From NCBI GenBank assembly GCA_020833025.1, contig JAJHRB010000008.1:1-35256 (forward strand): a stretch of DNA of 35,256 bases. Reading direction: 5' to 3'. The notes under the pieces are model-generated. The model was not told the origin of the DNA. It worked only from the letters and a program-made list of their open reading frames with translations, and searched no databases. The translations under genes and the position numbers were made by a program. Below are positions 15,257 through 23,883 of this stretch, piece after piece. Each line of letters opens with the position of its first letter. The stretch's first letter is position 1. Origin of the DNA: Thermoproteaceae archaeon. Its GTDB lineage: Archaea; Thermoproteota; Thermoprotei; Thermoproteales; Thermoproteaceae.

Positions 15257-16134
15257 AGCAGCGCGCGGAGCAGCACCGGCAGCACGAGCGTCGCGTCTGC
15301 GTAGACGTGAACGGATCTCGCGCCCGGCTTTATCTTGCCCCAGCTCACTGCCTCTCTCGGCCTCGCGCCGCTTAGAGAGCCGTCGTACTCAACTGCCGTC
15401 GTTATGTAAACGGCGTAGTCCAGGCCGCCCTTGAACTGCGCCCACCAGATGACGTGGTGCTTGCTTATGCCGCCGCCGACTATCAGCGCGGCCATTTTCC
15501 TGCTCTCGAAGACCATGTCCCTCAGCCTCTCCTCGTCCTTGAGCACGTTTATTGACACTCTGGAGCCCGCCGACTTGGCGCGCAGCACGTCGTTGCACGT
15601 CAGCAGCGCGGTTCCCACGGCGCCGTCGACTATGCCTGGCACGAAGACCCTCGCGCCGGCCCTCGCGGCAGCTCCCAGAATTGAGTCTCCCGGCATTTCC
15701 CTGCCCAGCTCCTCCGCCAGCTCGTACGTGGCCAAGTCCCTCCCCGCCAGCCTCTCGCACAGCCCCAGCACGAATCTCTCAACGAGCGGCCCGTAGTCCT
15801 CGCGCCTTATCAGGATGTTGCCCAGGCGGTGGTACCCGCGGCCGGCGAGCTCTGCGTCGTCCATGTCAAACGACGCGGGAATGTATCTGGCCCCCATTGC
15901 CCTGGCAATGTCGTGGTCGAGCGCGCCGGCTGTGGTGACCACGACGTTGAAGAGCCCCCGCCCCAGCGCCTCCGCTATTATTTCCCTGAGCCCCGTGGCG
16001 GCTAGGTTAGCGGTAAAGGAGAGGAAGCGGAGGTCGGCGCTGTCTATGGCCTCCCTGAGCGCGTCATACGCCTCGGCGACGTGCAGCGCCTGAAAGCCGC
16101 CCACTCTCCTGTACAGCTCTACTACCTCCCTCAT
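15253..16134 (-). CDS. dys: Deoxyhypusine synthase
   Basis: SFTANL, TTAGALDHD, GGGISKHH, DGSLSGARPREAVSWGKI motifs. Confidence 0.95.
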   Translation of the reverse strand: MREVVELYRRVGGFQALHVAEAYDALREAIDSADLRFLSFTANLAATGLREIIAEALGRGLFNVVVTTAGALDHDIARAMGARYIPASFDMDDAELAGRGYHRLGNILIRREDYGPLVERFVLGLCERLAGRDLATYELAEELGREMPGDSILGAAARAGARVFVPGIVDGAVGTALLTCNDVLRAKSAGSRVSINVLKDEERLRDMVFESRKMAALIVGGGISKHHVIWWAQFKGGLDYAVYITTAVEYDGSLSGARPREAVSWGKIKPGARSVHVYADATLVLPVLLRALL

Positions 16135-16142
16135 TCACGTCG

Positions 16143-16802
16143 CTATTTTATCACGCGGACTTCCTTGACCGCGCCGAGCTCCCTCAGGCGCTCGACGGCC
16201 TCCCTCACGGACCTGAGAGTCACGCCGAGCTTGACTGCTATTTCCTCCAGCGACGTGCTCCCGTCAATAAGCGACGCGACCTTTCTGAGCCGGTCGTCGT
16301 CGACCAGCACGGCCCTCCCCGGCACGGGCACCTCCCTGCCCGGCATCTTGTAGAGGTACACCTTATGACTGCGCCAGTCCTCGTACACCTCCTCGACGAC
16401 TATCGGGCGCCACCCAGGGACCTCGAAGTCGTGGCTCACGACCCTCACGCCTGGCTTCAACTCCCGCTCTAGCTTCGGCTTCAGCTTCTCGTTAACGCTG
16501 GTGAGGAGGTACATCGTCACCACGTCGGCGTTCGACACGTCGACGTTGAAGAAGTTCGCGTGGATTATCGCTGCTCTGTCCGCGAGGCCCAGGTCGCGTA
16601 CGCGGGCCACGGAGTGCTCGTAGAGATCCCTGCGTATCTCGATGCCGACGGCCCTCGCGCCGAACTCTCTCACTGCAATTATGACAATCCTCCCGTCGCC
16701 GGAGCCCAGATCGTAGACGACCTCGCCGGGTCTCACCCTGGCGAGCTGCAGCATTCTGCGCGCGACGACCTCAGGGGTTGCGACAAACGGCACGTCGTAC
16801 AT
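16143..16802 (-). CDS. Class I SAM methyltransferase, aKMT-like protein-lysine methyltransferase, with a C-terminal wHTH extension
   Basis: VPFVATPEVVARRML, YDLGSGDGRI, VTMYLLTSVNEKLKPKLERELKPGVRVVSHDF. ATG 16802 is about 22 nt downstream of TTATAT. Confidence 0.85.
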   Translation of the reverse strand: MYDVPFVATPEVVARRMLQLARVRPGEVVYDLGSGDGRIVIIAVREFGARAVGIEIRRDLYEHSVARVRDLGLADRAAIIHANFFNVDVSNADVVTMYLLTSVNEKLKPKLERELKPGVRVVSHDFEVPGWRPIVVEEVYEDWRSHKVYLYKMPGREVPVPGRAVLVDDDRLRKVASLIDGSTSLEEIAVKLGVTLRSVREAVERLRELGAVKEVRVIK

Positions 16803-16988
16803 AAGGCCCGTGACGCCCGCGCCATATAAGCTTACCAGCGGCAGGTCCCAGGGCCATGACGGCGGCCCGCCCACGCGCTCCCGCCCCTCCCCGTTTTTAC
16901 GCATTCCACAGCATTAAAGGCCGGCGCCTCCGCGCGTTCTACTCTCCCGCCGGCAGCACCATTTTTAAAAGCGGGCTCGCGGAGGGCC

Positions 16989-17444
16989 GTGCCTCACAGA
17001 TCGCGGCACAAGAAAGGCAGGTCCAGCTCGACGAGGCCGCCCCACCCGACGGCGCCTATGTGGATACAGTACACCCCGGAGGAGGTAGAGCAGCTAGTGG
17101 TCGAGCTCGCGCGGCGCGGCTTCACCCCGTCGCAGATAGGCATCATACTCAGGGACCAGTACGGAATTCCCCTCGTCAAGGCGGTGACCGGCAAGAGCAT
17201 AACACAGATACTCGACGAGCGCGGCATCAAGTACGAGGTCCCTGAGGACCTCCTCTACCTGATCAAGAGGGCGCTGAGAATAAGAAAGCACCTAGAGGAG
17301 CACCCGAAGGACGCGGCGTCGCGCAGGGGCCTGCAGCTCGTGGAGTCTAAGATTCACAGGCTGGTCAAGTACTACAAGAGGGCCGGCAGGCTGCCGGGCG
17401 ACTTTGTTTACAATCCCGAGGCGCTGTCGCATCTGGCCGGCTAG
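16989..17444 (+). CDS. rps15: 30S ribosomal protein uS15 (S15/S13e)
   Basis: [43 protein letters not shown]. Confidence 0.97.
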   Translation: MPHRSRHKKGRSSSTRPPHPTAPMWIQYTPEEVEQLVVELARRGFTPSQIGIILRDQYGIPLVKAVTGKSITQILDERGIKYEVPEDLLYLIKRALRIRKHLEEHPKDAASRRGLQLVESKIHRLVKYYKRAGRLPGDFVYNPEALSHLAG

Positions 17445-17459
17445 AGCCGGCCGCTCGCC

Positions 17460-18542
17460 GTGAGCCTCAAGAGCTTTGTAATAAACCACGTCGACAGAGT
17501 GCTGGAGTACCTCAAGCAGAACCCCCTCGTCATTTACGCCAGGAGGACTGTAGACGCCTACCTGGCGGCTTACGCGCTGCTCTCCGCTCTCGGCGAGACT
17601 GCGCAGGTGGCCGTCGTTGACTGGCCCCCCGAGGGCGGCGTCTGCGTCGGCTTTAAGTGCGAGGGCATGTACATAACCGAGCGCGAGGTCGGCATTGACG
17701 GCGACGCGCACGCATCAGAGCCCACGTCGCTGAGCCACCACGCTGCGTCCGTGATACACACGCTGGTGCCCGTGGACGAGGAGGTGCGCCGGGCCCTTCA
17801 CGTAGGCCACTACGCGTGGAGCGTTGACTACTGCGAGTACGGCTGCGCGCTCCCCCGGGAGCTAGCGCGCGGGGACGAGAGGCTCTCTGTAGTCTTTCCC
17901 TTCATGGACAGGCTCCCCGCCAGAAAGGCCCTGTCGCTCTCGACGCTGCCAGTACTGCCCGGCATCACAGGGCGGGAGGCTGAGGACTCCAAGCCCGCGG
18001 CCGAGATGACGAGGGAGGAGGCAATAGATCTGCTCGACTGGGCTCTCGGCGTCGTTGCAAGCGAGGGCTTCCACACGGCAATACTGGACAAGGCGGTCAG
18101 GCCCTACTCGCCGGCCTACAGGCCGGCGGACGTTGCAGTGAGAGTAGAGGCAGACCTCGCGGGATTTGTGGACAGGGACGTCGATGTGTACGTCTCGGGC
18201 CTCGCCGAGGCGCTCTACAGCACGCTTAGGAGGCTGAGAGATGGCGTCATAACAGTCCAGAATCCATTTTATTTACATAAAATACCGCCATACCTGTCCT
18301 ACTGCTTGAGGCTAGTAGACTGGGTGGCGGTGAAGTACGAGACGGCCAGAGGGTTTGCAATAGCCTTGGTGCCCCCGCCGGGGAGGAGGGGCTCGGCGGG
18401 AGCCGCGGCGCGGGCCCTCGCCGAGCTCGGGCAGGTTCTCGAGCTGCCGACGCACCTAGTGGTCTACGTCCCGACGAATAAATACACAGACTTCCTGAGA
18501 GTGTATGAAGAAATTAAAGAGCAGGATAGTGACGCGGCTTGA
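17460..18542 (+). CDS. Hypothetical protein, possibly a degenerate DHH/RecJ-like family member
   Basis: Long ORF at the position a DHH protein occupies in the conserved archaeal rps15-DHH-pcc1 order; canonical motifs are only vestigial. Confidence 0.6.
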   Translation: MSLKSFVINHVDRVLEYLKQNPLVIYARRTVDAYLAAYALLSALGETAQVAVVDWPPEGGVCVGFKCEGMYITEREVGIDGDAHASEPTSLSHHAASVIHTLVPVDEEVRRALHVGHYAWSVDYCEYGCALPRELARGDERLSVVFPFMDRLPARKALSLSTLPVLPGITGREAEDSKPAAEMTREEAIDLLDWALGVVASEGFHTAILDKAVRPYSPAYRPADVAVRVEADLAGFVDRDVDVYVSGLAEALYSTLRRLRDGVITVQNPFYLHKIPPYLSYCLRLVDWVAVKYETARGFAIALVPPPGRRGSAGAAARALAELGQVLELPTHLVVYVPTNKYTDFLRVYEEIKEQDSDAA

Positions 18543-18744
18543 CTGCAAGTTCATAAATGCCGTCAAGCCGGACGACGTTGACGTGCCCAGCGGCGTGTCA
18601 ATCCGGCACGAGTGCGTCGGGGGCAGGTGGGTCGTGGAGGTGGAGTGTCAGGTCGGCGAGCCGGAGGACATTCTGACCGTTAAGAACACGCTGGACGACA
18701 TAGTGAGGGCAATTCAAGTGATCGAAAGGGCCCTCAGTCTATGA
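18505..18744 (+). CDS. pcc1: KEOPS complex subunit Pcc1
   Basis: AVKPDD ... TVKNTLDDIVRAIQV pattern, 79 aa, conserved position after rps15. Confidence 0.7.
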   Translation: MKKLKSRIVTRLDCKFINAVKPDDVDVPSGVSIRHECVGGRWVVEVECQVGEPEDILTVKNTLDDIVRAIQVIERALSL

Positions 18745-19192
18745 CCTTCCCGCTGGGCGGCGCCACGTACTTGTGTATGTCCTCGGCGTACTTCTCAAGC
18801 GTGTCGGCTATGTAAATGGGCGCGTTTGTCCTGACCGCGAGCGCGACGGCATCGCTGGGCCTGGCGTCAAATGCGTGAACCTTGCCCTCCCTGTCCTTCA
18901 CGTAGACTGTCGCCGTGTAGGTGCTTGAAATCAAGGCGTCTATCGTGATCTTCTCTATCGCGCCGCCGAGGGCCTCTATAATCTCGACGAATAAGTCGTG
19001 ACTGAGCGGGCGCGGGAAGTCTATCTCGCCGAGTCCCTTCTTTATTGACAGGGTCTCCGCCGGCCCGATGATTATCGGCACCGCCCTGTCGCCCCACTCC
19101 TCTGCCCCTATGAGCATTATGCCGACGGCCTGGCCGTGGGCGTCCACGGTCTCAATCACGTCTATCAGCTCGGCTCTCAAGTACTTGGCCAT
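18734..19192 (-). CDS. DUF151 / bifunctional nuclease family protein
   Basis: VPIIIGPAETLSI, RPLSHDL, FDARPSDAVALA. ATG 19192 is downstream of TTTAAAA. Confidence 0.9.
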   Translation of the reverse strand: MAKYLRAELIDVIETVDAHGQAVGIMLIGAEEWGDRAVPIIIGPAETLSIKKGLGEIDFPRPLSHDLFVEIIEALGGAIEKITIDALISSTYTATVYVKDREGKVHAFDARPSDAVALAVRTNAPIYIADTLEKYAEDIHKYVAPPSGKVID

Positions 19193-19245
19193 TACAAGCC
19201 ACGCGCCGGGCTCTTTTAAACTTTCCACATCGGCCGCAATCTGGC

Positions 19246-19293
19246 GTGATGAAGACCGGCTGGCGAGCGGTGACAGAGCCTGGACCAGGCTGA
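19246..19293 (+). ncRNA. Probable C/D-box sRNA (2'-O-methylation guide)
   Basis: Box C GTGATGA 19246-52, guide AGACCGGCTG, D' GCGA, C' GTGACAG, guide AGCCTGGACCAGG, box D CTGA 19290-93. TTTTAAA lies 26 nt upstream. Confidence 0.65.
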
Positions 19294-19559
19294 CTATCTG
19301 CCCGGGGCGGTGAAAATTCGCGAGCGGGCGCAGAGATGGCGGGGCGCCGCCCACCGCGCGGGCTCGCGCGCGGAGGCAACGGGGTGGGGCACGCCTAAAC
19401 TCGCCAGGAAGTGTAGCCGAGCTTGCCGGCGTGACGCGCGTGTCCCGGAAAACTGCAGTCTTGTGGTGGCGGCGCGCGGCACAGAGCCGTCAACTCCTCG
19501 GGCAGCAGCGCCCGAGAGCCCTCGGCGAGCACCGCTCCGTTCGGGGCGGGGAGGAACCG

Positions 19560-19835
19560 CTACTCGCCCTCCCTATCGGTCTCCTGCAAGTTCTCCAGTA
19601 GCTGCCTCCTGAGCTCCTCCCGCTGCTCCTGGTCAATTTCAACCCTCTCCTCCTTGGCTATTATGACGCCCCGCCTCTTATCCTCAGACACTCCGGACTT
19701 CTGCCGGTAGCCTTCTCTCAGCCCCTCGGTAGATTTCACCTCGTAACCGCACCTGGGGCACCTCAGCAGGATTACATCACCCCTGCGCTGGGGTATCAGC
19801 AGCGCGCCGTCCCTCGGGCAGAACCGCACTGACAT
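19560..19835 (-). CDS. RpoM/TFS-like protein with the N-terminal Zn ribbon only
   Basis: MSVRFCPRDGALL...LRCPRCGY, followed by a charged tail without a second ribbon. Confidence 0.75.
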   Translation of the reverse strand: MSVRFCPRDGALLIPQRRGDVILLRCPRCGYEVKSTEGLREGYRQKSGVSEDKRRGVIIAKEERVEIDQEQREELRRQLLENLQETDREGE

Positions 19836-19927
19836 TTCTCGCGGAATATTTAAAAGCATTTCCCGGCAGGCAGCTCCCTCAGGGGCTCTAGCCCGGGCCG
19901 GGCAGCGCCTGCGCAGCTAGCAGCGGC

Positions 19928-20734
19928 CTAGTCATCGACAATCCTCCTCCCGCCTATTAAGAGCCAGCCCTCTTCGTCCACGTCAATGGGCCCGCGCCAC
20001 GATCCCCTCTCGACGAGCCTCTTGAGCAGCCTCTGCGGCTCTATCGAGCTGCCGAAGAACTCGAGAATTCTCTCGACGTCGCGCCTCAAGTAGTCCAGCT
20101 CCCTCGGGTGCCCCCGCCTCACGGCGGACCCCCAGTCAATTATCCACGGGCTCTCGCCGTCATAGAGGACGTTAAAGGGGCTCAGGTCGCCGTGCACGAG
20201 GCCTCCCAGAATGTAGACCCTCTCGACGCTCTTGACTATCTCATACAGCACGCTGTCGGGGTCGTCCAGTCCCTCGAGCCCCACGTCTGCCAGCAGCGGC
20301 GCCGGCGTGGTGCCGCTGCCCACGAACCTCATTGCCAGCACGTTCCTGTAGAATCCGTACGGCTCGGGCACGCGGGCTCCTGCCCTGAACGCCCGCGAGA
20401 GGTTTCCGAACTCCTTCCTGCACCAGACTTGAACTAGGTGGAGGTAGTTGCGTACCTTGAGGCCTCTAAATCTGGGATCGCCGAGTACGTAGCCGTAGCG
20501 GCTCTTGACGAACTTCACGGGAACCGGGTAGAATATCTTGAGCGCGGCGTGCGTCCCGTCGCGCCTTCTCGCCAGCACGAGCTTGGCCTCCTTGCCCTGC
20601 CCGACGGGCCCCAGCACGTCATCTATGATGCCGCGCTCCTGGAGCTTCACCACCGCCGCCCACGTGTACGAGTTTATCGCGTCGTCCACTACCCTGAAGT
20701 AGTCGCTGTCCTTCTCTGTCCTGCGGCCCGCCAC
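19928..20734 (-). CDS. rio1: RIO1-type Ser/Thr kinase
   Basis: GQGKEAKL, ALKIF, KEFGNL, VHGDLSPFNVL, IIDWGSAV. Confidence 0.9.
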   Translation of the reverse strand: MAGRRTEKDSDYFRVVDDAINSYTWAAVVKLQERGIIDDVLGPVGQGKEAKLVLARRRDGTHAALKIFYPVPVKFVKSRYGYVLGDPRFRGLKVRNYLHLVQVWCRKEFGNLSRAFRAGARVPEPYGFYRNVLAMRFVGSGTTPAPLLADVGLEGLDDPDSVLYEIVKSVERVYILGGLVHGDLSPFNVLYDGESPWIIDWGSAVRRGHPRELDYLRRDVERILEFFGSSIEPQRLLKRLVERGSWRGPIDVDEEGWLLIGGRRIVDD

Positions 20735-20813
20735 GGCAAGATCCCGCCCGCCGCTAAAAACTTGCGCGGCGGGCGCCCGCGCGAAGCTTTTTAGACAGCC
20801 CGCCGGAGGCGGC

Positions 20814-21347
20814 GTGCTGTCCGAGCATGCGCGCGGGACTATAATCCAGCCAGTAGACAAGAAGCGGGCGGAGGCCGCGGCGAGATTCGTGGAGCTGGTC
20901 AGCGGGCGCTACGGGGATGTCAGCGTGGAGTTCGACGCGAGGGACGTGAGCATAAGAATAACCCCCAGATCCGGTGCGACGGTCGACGCGGTGCTGAAAC
21001 TGCGGGAGATGGCAAGAGCGGTGGCGCTTGGCTTCGCGCCGGAGCAGGCACTGCTCCTTGAGGACGAGAACTACACGCTCGCCGTGATAGACCTGAAGGA
21101 GTACGTAAACAAGCCGAATCGCCTGAGAAGAATAAAGGGGAGGATAATTGGCGAGGAGGGGCGCGTGAAGCGCACTATAGAGCGCCTGGCGAGCGTGTCC
21201 GTAATTGTCGGCGACCGCCATGTAGCAATTCTCGGCAGGCTGGAGGACGTGGAGGTTGCGCGGAGAGCTATCGAGATGCTCATTGAGGGCAGAAAGCACG
21301 GCACGGCGTACCGGTACATACAAAGCATAAAGGGAGGGCGGCGGTAG
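20814..21347 (+). CDS. KH-domain rRNA-processing protein (Dim2/Pno1-like)
   Basis: AVALGFAPEQALLL, RIKGRIIGEEGR, IEMLIEGRKHGTAY. Confidence 0.9.
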   Translation: MLSEHARGTIIQPVDKKRAEAAARFVELVSGRYGDVSVEFDARDVSIRITPRSGATVDAVLKLREMARAVALGFAPEQALLLEDENYTLAVIDLKEYVNKPNRLRRIKGRIIGEEGRVKRTIERLASVSVIVGDRHVAILGRLEDVEVARRAIEMLIEGRKHGTAYRYIQSIKGGRR

Positions 21348-21353
21348 CTCCGG

Positions 21354-22034
21354 CTACTGCGTCTCCGCGCTGGCGCCTGCCTGGGCGACCGCCTCGCGGG
21401 CGGCCGGGCGCGCTCCCTCCTCGGGCGGGTGCATGAGCACCTTTATTTTCGCCACCTCGACCTTCCTGATCGGCGCTATTTTCTTGGCCGCGACGAAGGC
21501 GTCCGCAGCGAGCGTGCCATCTAGTACCTCCCGGAGGAACTGCCCGATGTCCGACTCCGCGGCGCGAGACGTAACGACGTGTATTATTCTCTTTCTTATA
21601 GCCGACTTCTGCGCGGCGCCCACTCCGTGGACGGTTATTGCCATGATGGTGACCCTCATGTGCCAGCCGTCCCTCGTCCTCACATCCATGATTGCAGCGA
21701 CCTTGCTTGTGCCGCGCCTGACGAGAGACTTGATGTAGTCACTGGTCAGCTCGAGCCCCTTGAACCTGGTCGAGGCCCTCACTCCGTCCACCTCCTTTAT
21801 CTGGAGGCGCAGCTTAACCGGCAGGTGGGATATGTCCTTGGTTATGTCGTAGAGAGACACCTCGAGCGTCCTCATGAGCAGCTTCTGCGGCTCGGACGCG
21901 GGAACCTCGGCGAGGAAGACGCCGCCGAGGTAGTGCGGGGCGTAAACGCTGAACCACTTCTTCAGCGCCCACGAGTCTCTCTTCGATATGGCTACCTTTT
22001 CCTGCGCCGCCGCGGCCTTCTGCCTCTCGGACAT
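21354..22034 (-). CDS. rps3ae: 30S ribosomal protein eS1 (S3Ae)
   Basis: KKWFSVYAP, RTLEVSLYDITKD, DYIKSLVRRGTSK, KKIAPIRKVEVAKIKV. ATG 22034 chosen from TATA spacing. Confidence 0.96.
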   Translation of the reverse strand: MSERQKAAAAQEKVAISKRDSWALKKWFSVYAPHYLGGVFLAEVPASEPQKLLMRTLEVSLYDITKDISHLPVKLRLQIKEVDGVRASTRFKGLELTSDYIKSLVRRGTSKVAAIMDVRTRDGWHMRVTIMAITVHGVGAAQKSAIRKRIIHVVTSRAAESDIGQFLREVLDGTLAADAFVAAKKIAPIRKVEVAKIKVLMHPPEEGARPAAREAVAQAGASAETQ

Positions 22035-22055
22035 CTTGACGCGAGGCACGCCGCG

Positions 22056-22063
22056 AATATAAA
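22056..22063. promoter_or_regulatory. Shared TATA-like element between rps3ae and the Lrp gene
   Basis: AATATAAA lies about 22-29 nt from both ATG 22034(-) and ATG 22085(+). Confidence 0.6.
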
Positions 22064-22084
22064 TTTTGGCTCTTGCTCTCCGCT

Positions 22085-22591
22085 ATGGACGAGCTAGACC
22101 GCAAGCTCGTACTTCTGCTGCAGATCCACGGCAGGAGGGCGCTGAGCGAGCTCGGCAGGAAGCTGAACAGACCAAAGACTACCATCGCGGCCAGAATAAA
22201 GAAACTGGAAGAGGGTGGTGTGATTCTCGGGTACAAGGCAGTTGTGAATCCGTCCGCGCTCGGGTACAGAGTGCTCGCCTTCGTGCTGGTCAGCGTGCGC
22301 AGAGGCCCCTCGGCGCGAGAGGCCAAGCCGCTGCAGCTCGAGGTCGCCGAGAGAGTACTCTCGGAGTGCAACGGCGAGAGGGGAATGCCGTTTGTTGAGG
22401 AGGCATATGTAATAACCGGGCCCTACGACTTGCTCTTCAAGGTCTGGGCGAGGGACATAAAGCAGCTCTCCGCCTTCCTCGTCACGTACCTCGCGTCAAA
22501 CCCTGACATACAGCGCACCGAGACCTTCATCGCCCTAGAGGTTGTCGACGACTGGCGCAGACGGGCGATGCCGCCGGCCGAGCCGGCGTGA
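22085..22591 (+). CDS. Lrp/AsnC family transcriptional regulator
   Basis: MDELDRKLVLLL, HTH, RIKKLEEGGVILGY, ITGPYDLL RAM domain. Confidence 0.92.
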   Translation: MDELDRKLVLLLQIHGRRALSELGRKLNRPKTTIAARIKKLEEGGVILGYKAVVNPSALGYRVLAFVLVSVRRGPSAREAKPLQLEVAERVLSECNGERGMPFVEEAYVITGPYDLLFKVWARDIKQLSAFLVTYLASNPDIQRTETFIALEVVDDWRRRAMPPAEPA

Positions 22592-22642
22592 GCGACGCTG
22601 CCCGACGCAGCACGGCTTAAATACTGCCGCCTGCTGTTACAC

Positions 22643-22942
22643 GTGAGCAGACGCAGGAAGATGTATTACTATGAAGAGGTCCCGGTAGGACCGCTCGTGA
22701 GGAGCCCCGCGGAGTCGATGGTGTTCAAGTACACTGACTGCTCTGTAGTCGAGAGGGGGCCCTCGTCGCTCACTGTAATATGCAAGCCGGACACCGTGAT
22801 AAAGATTTACAAGGGAGAGGAGGCAGAGTATGTTGTGGAGTTCACAAACACGAACACCGGCGCCTCGGAAAAGCACAAGGTCGACCTCTCCACGGCGGTG
22901 CTCGTGAAGAGATACCTAGAGTCGCGGAGCAGGGCCTCCTAG
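22643..22942 (+). CDS. Hypothetical protein (99 aa)
   Basis: CTTAAATA about 20-27 nt upstream of GTG; protein-like composition. Confidence 0.65.
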   Translation: MSRRRKMYYYEEVPVGPLVRSPAESMVFKYTDCSVVERGPSSLTVICKPDTVIKIYKGEEAEYVVEFTNTNTGASEKHKVDLSTAVLVKRYLESRSRAS

Positions 22943-22953
22943 CCGCGCCGTCC

Positions 22954-23196
22954 ATGGAGGCGATGGTCTTTCTTAACGTTGATGTAGGCCTCGAGGACAA
23001 GGTAATGGAGGAGGTTACTGCCATACCGGAGGTGAGGGCGGCTTACTTCACGTACGGCCCGTACGACATCGCGGTTAGAGTGGAGGTGCCAAGCCTTGAA
23101 GCACTGAAGAATGTCGTGAGCGGGAGGATAAGAAGGATCAAGGGAGTGCGGTCCACGGTCACCATGATCGTAATAAGGTCGTACAGGAGACAGTAA
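22954..23196 (+). CDS. Stand-alone Lrp/AsnC ligand-binding (RAM) domain protein
   Basis: AMVFLNVDVG, TYGPYDIAVRVE, IRRIKGVRSTVTMIV; no HTH. Confidence 0.85.
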   Translation: MEAMVFLNVDVGLEDKVMEEVTAIPEVRAAYFTYGPYDIAVRVEVPSLEALKNVVSGRIRRIKGVRSTVTMIVIRSYRRQ

Positions 23197-23200
23197 CCTC

Positions 23201-23878
23201 GTGTGCAGGCTCTACGCGTCCAGGGGCCCTGTTGACTTATGTCGTGCGCTCAAACTGGCAGCTAGGTACGACCCCTACAGTCCCGACCCGGAGAGGCGAC
23301 ACGGGGACGGCTGGGGTTTTGCTGTCGTGCAGGGGCCGCGCGTCTTTTACTACAGGTCCAGCATCCCGGCGTGGGAGGACCCGACGTGCATTCCCGCGGG
23401 CGACGTCGTGCTAGCCCACGCGAGAGACGCGTCCGAGGGAGAGCCGGTGGGAGTGCTTCACGCGCATCCCTACATGGTCCACGCCGATGACGGAAGGACC
23501 TTGTTTGTAGCGCACAACGGGTCCGTGGACAAGCGCGCGCTGGCCCCGCTGGCAGGCGTCAGCAGCCCAGAACTCCACACCGACAGCTTCGTGCTTACGC
23601 TGTTCCTTGCTAGGCGCTGGCACGCGCCGGAGAGAGCAATCGAGGAGGCGCTCAAGTACGTAAAGTCAGCCCTCAATCTCGTGGTGTTAGAGCTCCCGGG
23701 CGTCAGGGTGCACGTGCACGCGTACTACAAAGACAGTCAGAACAGGAAGTACTACGCGCTCTATCTCGCGAGGGGCGGCGGCGCGGTTGCAGTAATGTCA
23801 TCGACGCTGCTGAGGCACATAGACGCCGACAGATTCGAGATCCGCGAGCTGGAGAGCGGGACGTATCTCGTGCTGTAA
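23201..23878 (+). CDS. Class II glutamine amidotransferase-like (Ntn hydrolase) protein
   Basis: N-terminal MCR, HGDGWG, LAHARDAS, HPY, AHNG, TDS. Confidence 0.88.
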   Translation: MCRLYASRGPVDLCRALKLAARYDPYSPDPERRHGDGWGFAVVQGPRVFYYRSSIPAWEDPTCIPAGDVVLAHARDASEGEPVGVLHAHPYMVHADDGRTLFVAHNGSVDKRALAPLAGVSSPELHTDSFVLTLFLARRWHAPERAIEEALKYVKSALNLVVLELPGVRVHVHAYYKDSQNRKYYALYLARGGGAVAVMSSTLLRHIDADRFEIRELESGTYLVL

Positions 23879-23883
23879 CCGCG

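Noticed and set aside
16830-16960. Small RNA or tRNA 3' half between the methyltransferase gene and rps15
   Set aside because: Only a short GGGCC/GGCCC hairpin; no tRNA or box motifs; explainable as divergent promoter space.
19300-19559. RNase P or SRP RNA, or a 45-aa ORF (19532..19395, minus)
   Set aside because: No conserved RNase P CR-I/CR-V or SRP helix-8 motifs; the small ORF has only a weak GGAG and no recognisable features.
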